A program made the translations under genes and the position numbers. DNA of 64,000 nucleotides, from positions 96,001 through 160,000 of IMG/VR virus record IMGVR_UViG_3300050821_007134; one strand, written 5' to 3'. Of the stretch, positions 36,703 through 46,261 are shown one piece after another. The notes beneath the pieces are model-generated. The model worked only from the letters and a program-made list of their open reading frames with translations. It was not told the origin of the DNA and did not search any database. The stretch comes from a virus. Each line of letters opens with the position of its first letter. The stretch's first letter is position 1.

Positions 36703-37680
36703 ATGAGATGGATAGCGGCAGCACTCCTGACATTGACACCGGCCCTGGGCTTAGCGGGCCAAACCTTTTTACAAAAACCAATTACTGTCGCAGTGATAGA
36801 CTCTGGTTTCGGATATAAGGGTTTGGGTCACAATGCAAAACTTTGCAAGTATGGCCACAAAGATTTCTCTATTGCTCAAGTTTATGATAGTCGATTTAAT
36901 ACATCAGATCCGATCCCCCTGGATGTTTCGGGCCACGGCACAAACGTTGCAGGATTGATTGAAGACTACGCTAAGGATGCAAATTTCTGTTTGGTCATCA
37001 TAAAATATGTTAATCATTACAAAAAAGATGATACAAATACAGCACTTATGAAAGCGCTGAAATATGCAGACGAAATAAAAGTTGACATTATCAATTATAG
37101 CGGCGCGAGTATTGGCTACATTCCAGAAGAAGTGACTCTCATCAAAAAATTCATAGATTCTGGAGGGATATTCATAACTTCCGCAGGTAACGATAAGAGC
37201 GAATTAAACGGAAAAACAAAATATAAAATTTATCCAGCTATGGATGACGACAGAATCATTGTCGTTGGCAGTAAAAATCCCTTCCCAGTTAAAAATCTAT
37301 TTGCCTCTGGTGGCGAACTCGAAGAACACGGATGGAAAGTTGAAAATAGAATGCCTGACATCCAAGAAAAATTAGATAAAAATGGATTTTGTGTTTTAGA
37401 GATAGAGGAAGAAGCCAAAGATGTGATACAAGTAGATGACATGAACATTCCAGTTCCTTACAAGTATACGTACTATCGAGTTCTCATTAAACATGACGAT
37501 AAAGTTTTCTTAAAATCTGACTTCTCAAACTGGGGCCAAAGGGTCAATAGATGGGAAATCGGAGATATGCAGACCTCGTATGGGATCACATTCAGTGGAA
37601 CCAGCCAGGCCACCGCTATAGCCACAGGGAAACTTGTGGGTCAACTATACGAAAAGCTTAACAAATTGAGTGAGAGATGA
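36703..37680 (+). CDS. Exported subtilisin-like (S8) serine protease
   Basis: Signal peptide MRWIAAALLTLTPALGLA; VAVIDSG, HGTNVAG, SAGN and SGTSQAT. Confidence 0.88.
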   Translation: MRWIAAALLTLTPALGLAGQTFLQKPITVAVIDSGFGYKGLGHNAKLCKYGHKDFSIAQVYDSRFNTSDPIPLDVSGHGTNVAGLIEDYAKDANFCLVIIKYVNHYKKDDTNTALMKALKYADEIKVDIINYSGASIGYIPEEVTLIKKFIDSGGIFITSAGNDKSELNGKTKYKIYPAMDDDRIIVVGSKNPFPVKNLFASGGELEEHGWKVENRMPDIQEKLDKNGFCVLEIEEEAKDVIQVDDMNIPVPYKYTYYRVLIKHDDKVFLKSDFSNWGQRVNRWEIGDMQTSYGITFSGTSQATAIATGKLVGQLYEKLNKLSER

Positions 37681-38424
37681 ACAGTTACGGAAATAAAAGT
37701 CCCTACCATGCATACGAGTTTGCCAATAAAGTCATTCGAAAGACGAAACTTGACAAGGTAACTCTTACAATGTGCGAAAATCAAATCAGTGGAAAGATTT
37801 TTGTTGAATTTTCCACGAGAAGTGGTAAGTTGAAGCTTCAGCGGAATTTCGAAACCTTAGATAAGGCCGAAGTTTTCGCAGAAAAAATTAAATCGGCAGA
37901 TGATCTAAAAAAATATTTCGGCCTTGAGGCCTAGGAGACAAAATGGAACTTTTAATTAATGCAAAAGAAGCGCAGGGAATTTCAAAACGCAATGGCGGCC
38001 TTTATTCTCTTGTCGATAATCTTAAAGTCTATATCACACGAGCTGCCGATCAAGGACTTCGCGATACTTCCTACTCAACTTTTGGAATATCGAGAAACGA
38101 GACTCTTAAAAAATCAAGAAATACCCTGACCAAGAGAGAATTAAAAATAGTAACAGGCTTATTAACTAAGCAGGGTTTTAAATTTTCAATTAAAAGAAGC
38201 AGAATGAATACCACTGGACTATACGACGTAATCACCGTGAAATGGTAGGAAGAAAATGAAAAAGAAAGTAACAATCACATTGACAGATCTATATCGCGCA
38301 TGGAACTATGGCAAAAAGTATTCCGAGAATTATATCGGTAAACGCGCTAGTCAAAGTGCCATGGTTAGTTTGATGGCGAAAAAATTGGGCCTTGTAAATA
38401 AATCAAAAGTGGAAGGATTATAAA

Positions 38425-39195
38425 ATGAATTTATCAGAAATTATCGACGAGATCAAAAAGACAAAACCTCTTGCAGAAGAAAATTTAGAGACGGGGCATT
38501 ACTCCACTCTGAACGCTCGTCGAGGCCGACAAGCTCGCGCAATTGAAACCATGAAAGAACTTACCGAAGCATATGCACAAACACTCACGCGTAGTTCAGT
38601 TTTTGTTCTCGTGGCTGGTGCTTTGAAAAATGATTTCGCATCTCTCGCGCTACAAAAGAAAGATGCCTTTGGTGCCGATCCTGAAGATTTCTACAAAGAG
38701 CTTCTTAAAGAGATCCATCCTAGTATGTATCAATCGGGTCCCTCCAATATTCTTGACATCTTAGGCCGGGTTATTGAAAATAAAATGTTGACTCTTAATG
38801 TTAGAGAGTATAATCAGATCCAATATAAGGCCACATATTCGAACGCAATTAAAGGCGAAGCAGAAGTACTCCAATTGATAAAAGACTCCGTGAATGATCA
38901 AATTGGTAGTGAAATCGCTGGCGCCAATGCTATCCGCACAACCATCGTTCCTGAAGCCATCAAGCGCGGCTACGGCGGCGGAAAGACCCCAATCATCCTT
39001 ACCTCTCAAGATGAAAAACTCACATTAAAATTAGTTTCTTCGCTTACTAGGATCACTCCAGATGTTTTCTTGGTAGTGGCCGGTCGCGCAACCAAAGATT
39101 TCAAGATCAAGGGTGCCATTGCCGTCAAAGAGGCAACCGAAGAATCAGTCAATGATGCAATGAAAACCATTATGAGTCAGGTGAACCGCGTATGA
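38425..39195 (+). CDS. Hypothetical protein
   Basis: 256 aa with AGGA SD. Confidence 0.6.
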   Translation: MNLSEIIDEIKKTKPLAEENLETGHYSTLNARRGRQARAIETMKELTEAYAQTLTRSSVFVLVAGALKNDFASLALQKKDAFGADPEDFYKELLKEIHPSMYQSGPSNILDILGRVIENKMLTLNVREYNQIQYKATYSNAIKGEAEVLQLIKDSVNDQIGSEIAGANAIRTTIVPEAIKRGYGGGKTPIILTSQDEKLTLKLVSSLTRITPDVFLVVAGRATKDFKIKGAIAVKEATEESVNDAMKTIMSQVNRV

Positions 39196-39489
39196 AAACA
39201 GGAAAAGAACTCGATCGTTCTCTAGAAGAACAAGTGAAAAAAGTTGACTTCTCTAAAGAAATGCCTAAAGATCTTTATGAAGGAAAACTTTTTTATGAAG
39301 TTATCAAGACTGGCCCAGGAGTATTTACCGTGTACGGCCCTCTCGATAACATCTATTACAAAAGGGATCTCGATGGATTTCTTCAAGTAATAGACGGAAT
39401 CCCCAGAGCAGAATTTAGTTTAGATGAAATTTTTGTTACAACGACACCTCTTGTTGGAAGGTTGTCAAAATTATACGAAGGAGTATTAA

Positions 39490-40722
39490 ATGAAAATAGG
39501 TGATGGCAAGTTTGGGATTGAAAAGAAAACGTACTTTAAACTTAAGGATGGCGATTCAGTATTTCGAATCATTCCTGCTCTCGGCGATCTAGCCGCTGAT
39601 GGGATCTGGTCTAAATATTACAAGATCCATTACGGTTATAGGAATACAAAGGGCAATATGCGTGTGTTCCAAAGCTGTGAAGTTAAGAACAACAAAACCA
39701 AAATGGTTGAAGTTCCCGATAGGGCTCTTGAAAGAATTCAAAAGCTTAAGGCTGAACTTGAAAAAGCCAAAGAAGCCAAGAATGCTCCTATGGTCGAAAG
39801 ACTCATGAAGCTTGTGGGCGGCCAAAAAGCTATCTACAATCTCGATTCACACCACTACATGAACGCCCTCGATACCCAAGGAAACATTGGTATTCTCAAG
39901 ATCCGACACAAAGCAAAACAAGCCTTGGATCTTGCAATCAAGAAACTTCGCGATGCTGGTATCAACCCCGTTTCCGTAAATGATGGACGATATTTCGTGT
40001 TCAGCCGAACAGGAAAAGGTCTTGATACTACGTTCCAAGTTACCGTGGCTCAAGAATCTCTTGAAGTTCCCGGAGTTGGAAAAGTCAATCGTGACATTAT
40101 TCACAAGCTCACAGACGATGTTATCAACCGTCTCGAAAGAGAAGCTGCTGTTTCCATTAAAGAAAAAGGTAAAAAAGGCGGACTTGATACTCTGTTCTTC
40201 GCACCTACAGCAGAACAGGTTGAAGCCATTGTTGCTCAATCTGATATCTTGACTGGCAAATCAACTGCAATCGATGCGATTTTTGATACCAAAGAAACAG
40301 CCGACATTGCAAACGATGCTGGTGGAACTGATGAAGAAGAGAGTGTAGCACAAAACAGTACTACACAGGCTCCTGTAGCACAAACCGGTACTACAACCGC
40401 TCAAGGCTCTTCTAGCAATTTGGTGACGACACCTAATATTGCGACACAAGCTGCACCTATTGCGACAGTTACAGCGGCGCCAGCGGCTCAGGCCCCTGCT
40501 CCGACGACTATTGCGACAGAAGCTCCTATTGCGACAACTCCTCAAGTGCAACAACAAACAGCTGCTCCTAGCGTTCAGGCTTCTCCGACCCCCTCCGAAA
40601 AGCCTGTTGTGCAAGCACCTGTTCAGGCGGTAACGTCTGCGCCTTCCCCTGTGCAGACTACCGCCCAAGCTGTTGCTGAGATAACCGACGCGGATTTTTT
40701 GGCGACCCTGAATCTGAATTAA
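39490..40722 (+). CDS. Single-stranded DNA-binding protein (gp32-like) with long low-complexity linker
   Basis: 'YFKLKDG...RIIP...HYG...GRYFVFSRTG.G..T.FQV'; ends with acidic/hydrophobic DADFLATLNLN; lies upstream of RecA. Confidence 0.7.
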   Translation: MKIGDGKFGIEKKTYFKLKDGDSVFRIIPALGDLAADGIWSKYYKIHYGYRNTKGNMRVFQSCEVKNNKTKMVEVPDRALERIQKLKAELEKAKEAKNAPMVERLMKLVGGQKAIYNLDSHHYMNALDTQGNIGILKIRHKAKQALDLAIKKLRDAGINPVSVNDGRYFVFSRTGKGLDTTFQVTVAQESLEVPGVGKVNRDIIHKLTDDVINRLEREAAVSIKEKGKKGGLDTLFFAPTAEQVEAIVAQSDILTGKSTAIDAIFDTKETADIANDAGGTDEEESVAQNSTTQAPVAQTGTTTAQGSSSNLVTTPNIATQAAPIATVTAAPAAQAPAPTTIATEAPIATTPQVQQQTAAPSVQASPTPSEKPVVQAPVQAVTSAPSPVQTTAQAVAEITDADFLATLNLN

Positions 40723-40731
40723 GGAGATGCT

Positions 40732-41286
40732 GTGAATACAGCTGACGACGAAGCACCGGCATTGCCTGCTCCGGCTCCTGGCGATAAAGCAAAGATGGTA
40801 ATCCCTGGTTTCCAGGGATCGCCACCGATAGTAATGCCTATCGCCGCAACCAGAGAATCCGAGGCCAGGTTCATAGAAGTTAAAACTGTCAATCCAATCA
40901 CTTATACTGATCTGGAACACACTTTTAACGAATCATACCGGGAATTAAAGCAACATTTGGCAACTATTGGTTACCAACTTGAGATGGCCAAAAAGGCCCT
41001 CAGGAATGCTCAATCAAGAGTTATGCTCGATTTGTATCCTGATTTCATTAAGGACAAACCGAAAACCTACGACAATTCCCATGTTAGGGATGCCTTCTTG
41101 ATGCGCGATAAAGAATATGCAGATGCAATAGATAGAATCGCCATGCTCACAGCTTTGGAATCCTTCATGGATGGGCGGATCAAAACAGTAGAAAACGTTT
41201 GTAGGTACATGAGAAAAAGAATGGATCTTGTACTTAGAAGCGGCCTTTCTGGCGCGGATCTCTACAACACCGGAGGACGTAAGTGA
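40732..41286 (+). CDS. Helical protein, possible UvsY-like recombination mediator
   Basis: All-helical, between SSB and RecA; assignment by context only. Confidence 0.4.
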   Translation: MNTADDEAPALPAPAPGDKAKMVIPGFQGSPPIVMPIAATRESEARFIEVKTVNPITYTDLEHTFNESYRELKQHLATIGYQLEMAKKALRNAQSRVMLDLYPDFIKDKPKTYDNSHVRDAFLMRDKEYADAIDRIAMLTALESFMDGRIKTVENVCRYMRKRMDLVLRSGLSGADLYNTGGRK

Positions 41287-41579
41287 AAGACTACGAATGT
41301 CATATCACTGTAGAAGCCAGTTATAGTTCAGGCCAACGTAAATTTCTCGAAGAAATCGGCGAAGCTAACGGATGGAAAACTAGTTTTATTGAAGGTGATC
41401 CAGATCTTGGTAAAGGCAGTCGATTCTTTTTCACCGCGCACTACAATAACTTAGATGCTGCATTTGAACACACAGAAGCTTTAGATTGGGGCCTGAGAAT
41501 GCAAGGATTAGTTGTGGCCCGCAAGAAAATTGAAGAAGTTTTAATGGATACCAAAGCTGATACATGGAGAGCAAAATGA
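41283..41579 (+). CDS. Hypothetical protein
   Basis: 'YECHITV...RKKIEEVLMD'. Confidence 0.55.
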   Translation: MKDYECHITVEASYSSGQRKFLEEIGEANGWKTSFIEGDPDLGKGSRFFFTAHYNNLDAAFEHTEALDWGLRMQGLVVARKKIEEVLMDTKADTWRAK

Positions 41580-41779
41580 GACAAGATAAGGCATTTCCAC
41601 AAACTATATCTCTTGATGGCATAAGCAGCACTACAGATGGATTGACCAAAAGAGAATTCTTTGCTGCATTTATTTTAAGTGGAAGAATGGCTCATGGTGC
41701 TACTTCCCTTGATACTGTGGCAGAAGCAGTAGAATATGCAGATGCTCTAATAGAAAAATTAGGAGAAAAAAATGTCTGA
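41576..41779 (+). CDS. Small conserved phage protein (GLTKRE.FAA type)
   Basis: 'AFP...GLTKREFFAA...AVEYADALI'. Confidence 0.65.
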   Translation: MRQDKAFPQTISLDGISSTTDGLTKREFFAAFILSGRMAHGATSLDTVAEAVEYADALIEKLGEKNV

Positions 41780-42878
41780 CGATAAAAAAATGCCAGGTAA
41801 TCTGTATACTGAAAAAGATAAAGAAAAGAAACCAGGCAATAAATGGACAAAAATGCTAAGGCAATATGAAGACACCGTCAACTACGATTATGATTCTTTT
41901 GCGCCCGAAAATTGTCTTTATTCTCCAAGTCCTTATTACAATTGGATTTTTGCAAATAAGTCAAATGGTGTTCCCAAGAACGCATCAATCTTAATGTTCT
42001 CTGAACAGAAAGCTGGTAAATCACTTTCATGTTATGCATTCATTGACGAGATGCAGCGAAGAGATCCAGAAGGACACGCACTTTATTTTAACTCAGAACT
42101 CAGAGGACAATTACAGCATGACCTCTTTAAAACTATCGACAAAGAGCGAAATACAATCTACGATACCAATGACCCGTCGGAAATTTTTGACCGTATTGAA
42201 AATGACATTAAGCCTATGGTTCAAGATGGCTTCCCGCTTAGAATTATAGTCCTAGATTCGCTGACTTCCATCATTGGTGTTAAGCGTCAAGATGCGGAAA
42301 GTGTGACGAATCACTTGATTGGTGACAAAGCTTTGACTTTACAAATTGGCTTGGAAAAGCTGGTTCCCTTCTGTAAGCGTAACAAGATATTGCTGATTGC
42401 CACGGTTCAAATGCGAGCTAATGTTGGTGACACTTCTTGGCACGCAGAGAAGGATAAGGCAGCCGCACAATGGGCAACTAAACATGCATTTGAGTACTTT
42501 GTAAGTCTTAAACGCGCAGGCGGAGCCGATGATAAAAAAGATCTTGCAGGAATCACCTTTGAAGACGAAGAGTTACAAGATGCACGCGGTAACAAACTTC
42601 TTTTGGGCCACAAAATCTATGCGAAGCTGGAGCAATCTTCTTTAGGTCAGGCCGGACGCGCAGGCGTTTTCACGGTTGACTACAAAGAAGGCATTATTAA
42701 TATTCACGAAGAAGTCTTTCATATGGCAAGTAATACTGGCATTATTAAGAGTGCCGGAGCTTGGTTCACATTCAAAGACTATAAATGGAACGGCAAAAAA
42801 GCAGCGGCCATCGCTATCAAAGAAAACCCTAAGCTTGCCGCAGAGTTACTCGAAGCCGTCAAGAAGCTGGATCAGTAA
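41772..42878 (+). CDS. recA: RecA/UvsX-like recombinase
   Basis: SEQKAGKS Walker A, IVLDS Walker B, QMR, and the RecA-type C-terminus GIIKSAGAWF. Confidence 0.85.
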   Translation: MSDDKKMPGNLYTEKDKEKKPGNKWTKMLRQYEDTVNYDYDSFAPENCLYSPSPYYNWIFANKSNGVPKNASILMFSEQKAGKSLSCYAFIDEMQRRDPEGHALYFNSELRGQLQHDLFKTIDKERNTIYDTNDPSEIFDRIENDIKPMVQDGFPLRIIVLDSLTSIIGVKRQDAESVTNHLIGDKALTLQIGLEKLVPFCKRNKILLIATVQMRANVGDTSWHAEKDKAAAQWATKHAFEYFVSLKRAGGADDKKDLAGITFEDEELQDARGNKLLLGHKIYAKLEQSSLGQAGRAGVFTVDYKEGIINIHEEVFHMASNTGIIKSAGAWFTFKDYKWNGKKAAAIAIKENPKLAAELLEAVKKLDQ

Positions 42879-43096
42879 TGACTAAAAAAGAAAGAGTCGA
42901 ATTCAATGGCTTCATGAAAGCCAAAAGGCAGATTGCCGCCGCCATAGAAGGCAGAATCGAAGTTCTTGAACAAAGACGCGGAGATCGCAAAGCTATCGAA
43001 AAGCGGGAAATAGAAATAGAAACACTTGAACTTATGAAACACCACATAAGAAATGTCTGTCTTTACAAAGTAGAATCAAAATCTAAATAGTCAAGG

Positions 43097-44035
43097 ATGC
43101 CAATGAACAACGAAATCACCCGTCCTCTTGCAGACAAGCGTAAGATAAGTTCGCGAAATGAATTTGAATTATGCTACATGAGACATCAATACTTCAGAAG
43201 ATCTACATACAATCCATCGGCTGAAGAAATGGCCCCCTACATGGCAATTGTGAAAAAGCGATGTAAACACACATTTTTCATTCATGCCGGATTGTTCCAA
43301 ATGGTCGGCTTTGAAAACGAAGACCTTATAAACATAGGAATGATCCATCTAGTTAGTTTCTTAGGGCTTTTCTCAATGGAAATGATGCCCGAGAAATATG
43401 CAAGCTACGTTGAAAAATTCATGTTAGAAAAGGTCGATCCTCCCAGTGAAGAAGATGTTATGTCCAAAAACAGAGCTAACTTTACGATCTTTTTAAAGCA
43501 ACGATTAGAAGAAGTTGTACGGGTTTGCAGACAGAAGGTCCGAAATATCAAGGGTATCCCTTTTGAAGAATTCCAGCCATTCTATGGTCCTAAGAAGCCG
43601 CCAATGGATATCATCCAATTAATGGAAAATCATGAATCTCTTGGCTTTCGTAAGATGGACATTGCCGTATTTAAGACCATAAGAAGAAGAGCCAAGGCTT
43701 ATGGAAAGAACGCATTTCGTCATGAAAAGAACTGGTACATAATCGTTCCGCTCAAACATAAGAACCTAGGAATGTCAGATTTTTCTGGCGCCGGTCTCGA
43801 TCCCCGTGATAACATTCACAATATGAATCCAGAAGAAATCTTATTCAGATGCGAAGACGAGAACAAGTGGGACCGAAAGCGTGCCGCTTATAAGAGCAAA
43901 TCCAAAAATGAAAAGGCCGCTTTAATAAGTGAATTCATTGATAAAAATAAAAGCAGTAGAATATTTGCCGATGAATTAAAGACGGCAAAAAGAACACTTC
44001 TTAGGATGATGGGGCCATGGATAGAAAAGATCTAA
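43097..44035 (+). CDS. Hypothetical protein with sigma region-2-like segment
   Basis: 'FENEDLINIGMIHL...NFTIFLKQRL'. Confidence 0.4.
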   Translation: MPMNNEITRPLADKRKISSRNEFELCYMRHQYFRRSTYNPSAEEMAPYMAIVKKRCKHTFFIHAGLFQMVGFENEDLINIGMIHLVSFLGLFSMEMMPEKYASYVEKFMLEKVDPPSEEDVMSKNRANFTIFLKQRLEEVVRVCRQKVRNIKGIPFEEFQPFYGPKKPPMDIIQLMENHESLGFRKMDIAVFKTIRRRAKAYGKNAFRHEKNWYIIVPLKHKNLGMSDFSGAGLDPRDNIHNMNPEEILFRCEDENKWDRKRAAYKSKSKNEKAALISEFIDKNKSSRIFADELKTAKRTLLRMMGPWIEKI

Positions 44036-44571
44036 GCACAGCTGAGATCGTCCGTTTTTGGTACGCCAAATACGAAGGAAGAATTCCTAAGGGCAGGAAT
44101 AAAGAACAGCTACGCGCAATGCGGGGGCTTATCCAGGAAATGGAAAATTCCGGTATCACTGTCGATGACATCAAAAGTAACTACACGGCATCTTTAGTAG
44201 AAAAGGCAGCCGTACACCAAGGTCCAACCAATGAAAGATTTACTAAAGCAAAAAAAGAGAGTTGGATTCACAAAGTAAAAGATGATTGGGACGTAGCAGT
44301 AAGATCTTACATTTTAGAAAAAGAAGCTATGGCCAAGGCTGTTAGGGATTCTTCCCCGGTGGAAGAAATTCGTGTTCCCCTCCAATTAGTAATCCCTCCT
44401 GAAGAGGATATCGATGAATTGGCTAAAAATGTAAAAGTAGGACCTGAAAGAAAAGTTCAGCCCATCAGACCAGAAGAAATGTTAAATACTGACACCTTAG
44501 ATATCGACGTAGAAGAAAATACTCTAATAAACAATGAACTCGAAGAATTTGTGAAGAAGCATGGCGGATGA
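44017..44571 (+). CDS. Hypothetical protein upstream of the helicase
   Basis: 184-aa overlapping ORF. Confidence 0.55.
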   Translation: MDRKDLSTAEIVRFWYAKYEGRIPKGRNKEQLRAMRGLIQEMENSGITVDDIKSNYTASLVEKAAVHQGPTNERFTKAKKESWIHKVKDDWDVAVRSYILEKEAMAKAVRDSSPVEEIRVPLQLVIPPEEDIDELAKNVKVGPERKVQPIRPEEMLNTDTLDIDVEENTLINNELEEFVKKHGG

Positions 44572-45697
44572 AGTAGAGGATTGGAAATCTGATTTCGAAG
44601 AGCGAGCGAAAGCCGAAGATAAGAAAGCAGAAGTCCAGGCCAAAAAGTTAATCATCGATGAAAATCGATACAATGTTGAGTTGGCTAGAATTGCCAAAAC
44701 AGCAGACGAAGCCTCACGCGCAAATAGTACCAATTTCGGCCTAATGTCCCCAGAGGCCATCGCAAAAGTTCAAACAGACAATATCGAATACATCATGGCC
44801 GCAAGAGGAAAGCTTAATTTCATTACGGCCATATTCAGTAAAGTAGTTCCCTTCTTTAGAAAGAATTTGATCCTGATCGGAGCAAAGTCGGGCCATGGTA
44901 AATCTACGACCGTCGCCAACATTGCCCGTGAAACTCTAAGACAGATTGACCCCACTACTGGCAAGCCCCCGCGAGTTCTTGTAATCACGAACGAAGAAAA
45001 AACTGAAGACGTTTATAACAGGGTTACATGTCTCCTTAAGGGATGGCACTATGTAAACCATGATGAATTCACAGATGAACAAGTCAAGGCATTTAATGAC
45101 TTTATTCCAGTACTTAGCAAATATATGAATGTGGTCGATGACAATTACAACAATGTGCCCGGAATGACTACGAGTCTTGAGGGAGTCTGTCAAATTTTTG
45201 ACAACATGCTTCGAGATGGAACTTATTATCATGCAGTAATTTTTGACTACTATCAAAACGTTACCTATTCCAAAGACTTCCCAAGTATGACTGAATTCGA
45301 AGTTCAAGCGGCCTTATCCCATAAGCTTGACCAATACAAGAACAGCTATCCAGCCCCAATTGTAGTTATGGCTCAATGCGATCCTCCGGATGAGGCCAAC
45401 ACCCCTTTTATGTTCCGTATCAAGGGGCGAAAACTCATATTCGCTAAGGCAACATTAGCGATGGAAATGGTGGCCGAGCCCGAAATGCTCAGAACTCAAT
45501 GGGAAGTATGGAAGAGTAGATTTACTAATTCAATTGGCAAAAAGTTCTACACTGCTTATGATAAGGGCAAAATAACAGTTTATGACGATGAATTCGCTAA
45601 GAAGGTAATGGCCATGAAAGAAAACGACATGCATGACGCTACGCTCCTTGGCAATTTAGGTAAAAAACCGGTTGACGATAAAGGAAAGAAAGAGTAG
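44561..45697 (+). CDS. DnaB-like (SF4) replicative helicase
   Basis: LIGAKSGHGKST, ITNE, IFDYYQ and MAQ motifs. Confidence 0.85.
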   Translation: MADEVEDWKSDFEERAKAEDKKAEVQAKKLIIDENRYNVELARIAKTADEASRANSTNFGLMSPEAIAKVQTDNIEYIMAARGKLNFITAIFSKVVPFFRKNLILIGAKSGHGKSTTVANIARETLRQIDPTTGKPPRVLVITNEEKTEDVYNRVTCLLKGWHYVNHDEFTDEQVKAFNDFIPVLSKYMNVVDDNYNNVPGMTTSLEGVCQIFDNMLRDGTYYHAVIFDYYQNVTYSKDFPSMTEFEVQAALSHKLDQYKNSYPAPIVVMAQCDPPDEANTPFMFRIKGRKLIFAKATLAMEMVAEPEMLRTQWEVWKSRFTNSIGKKFYTAYDKGKITVYDDEFAKKVMAMKENDMHDATLLGNLGKKPVDDKGKKE

Positions 45698-45706
45698 GAT
45701 TCTAGT

Positions 45707-46261
45707 ATGGCTGAAGAGACACCTACAAATGAACAAGGCGTTCCAGTAGATCCTAATAGCGCTCCTGTAAGGATAGCTGAGTTCGTGCTTAAGGAGACCG
45801 AAGTCTCAAAACTTAACCTCATGCAAAATGATGTATTAGTTGTAAAAATGCAAGGCATGGATCTAGACCATGATTTGATCAAAAGCCTTCAAAATCACTT
45901 CAAAAAGGTATTTCCAAATAATAAAGTCCTAGTCTTCTCGCTTAGCGAAGATGCTAAGATGAATCTTGAGGTAGTCAAGGCAGAAGCATTAGGAGAATCC
46001 TGTGCGACGGCTCCTAAAGGCTATTGTGAAGGCTGCGATTGCGGTAAAAAAGAAGCCGCTGAATCTGTTGTAACTCCGCCGCCAGCTCCTTACAGAATGG
46101 CCACTGGGACCCTAGTTAAGGTAATCGAAGCAGGCCATGCAGTTGAAGGTGAAACAGGATCGGTTGATAGCTACATCGGTGGCGGATATTATTTAGTGAG
46201 ATTCGCCTCTATGGGCGTTATTAAAATGAACGGCTTCGGATTAGAAGAACAGGGGAAATAA
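45707..46261 (+). CDS. Hypothetical protein with Cys cluster and C-terminal KOW/SH3-like segment
   Basis: 'C....GYCEGCDC'; 'GTLVKVIEAG...GETGSV'. Confidence 0.55.
   Translation: MAEETPTNEQGVPVDPNSAPVRIAEFVLKETEVSKLNLMQNDVLVVKMQGMDLDHDLIKSLQNHFKKVFPNNKVLVFSLSEDAKMNLEVVKAEALGESCATAPKGYCEGCDCGKKEAAESVVTPPPAPYRMATGTLVKVIEAGHAVEGETGSVDSYIGGGYYLVRFASMGVIKMNGFGLEEQGK

Noticed and set aside
40261-40920. 219-aa antisense ORF and other long opposite-strand ORFs (e.g. 57735-58247)
   Set aside because: By-products of low-complexity or biased codon usage in the real genes on the other strand.
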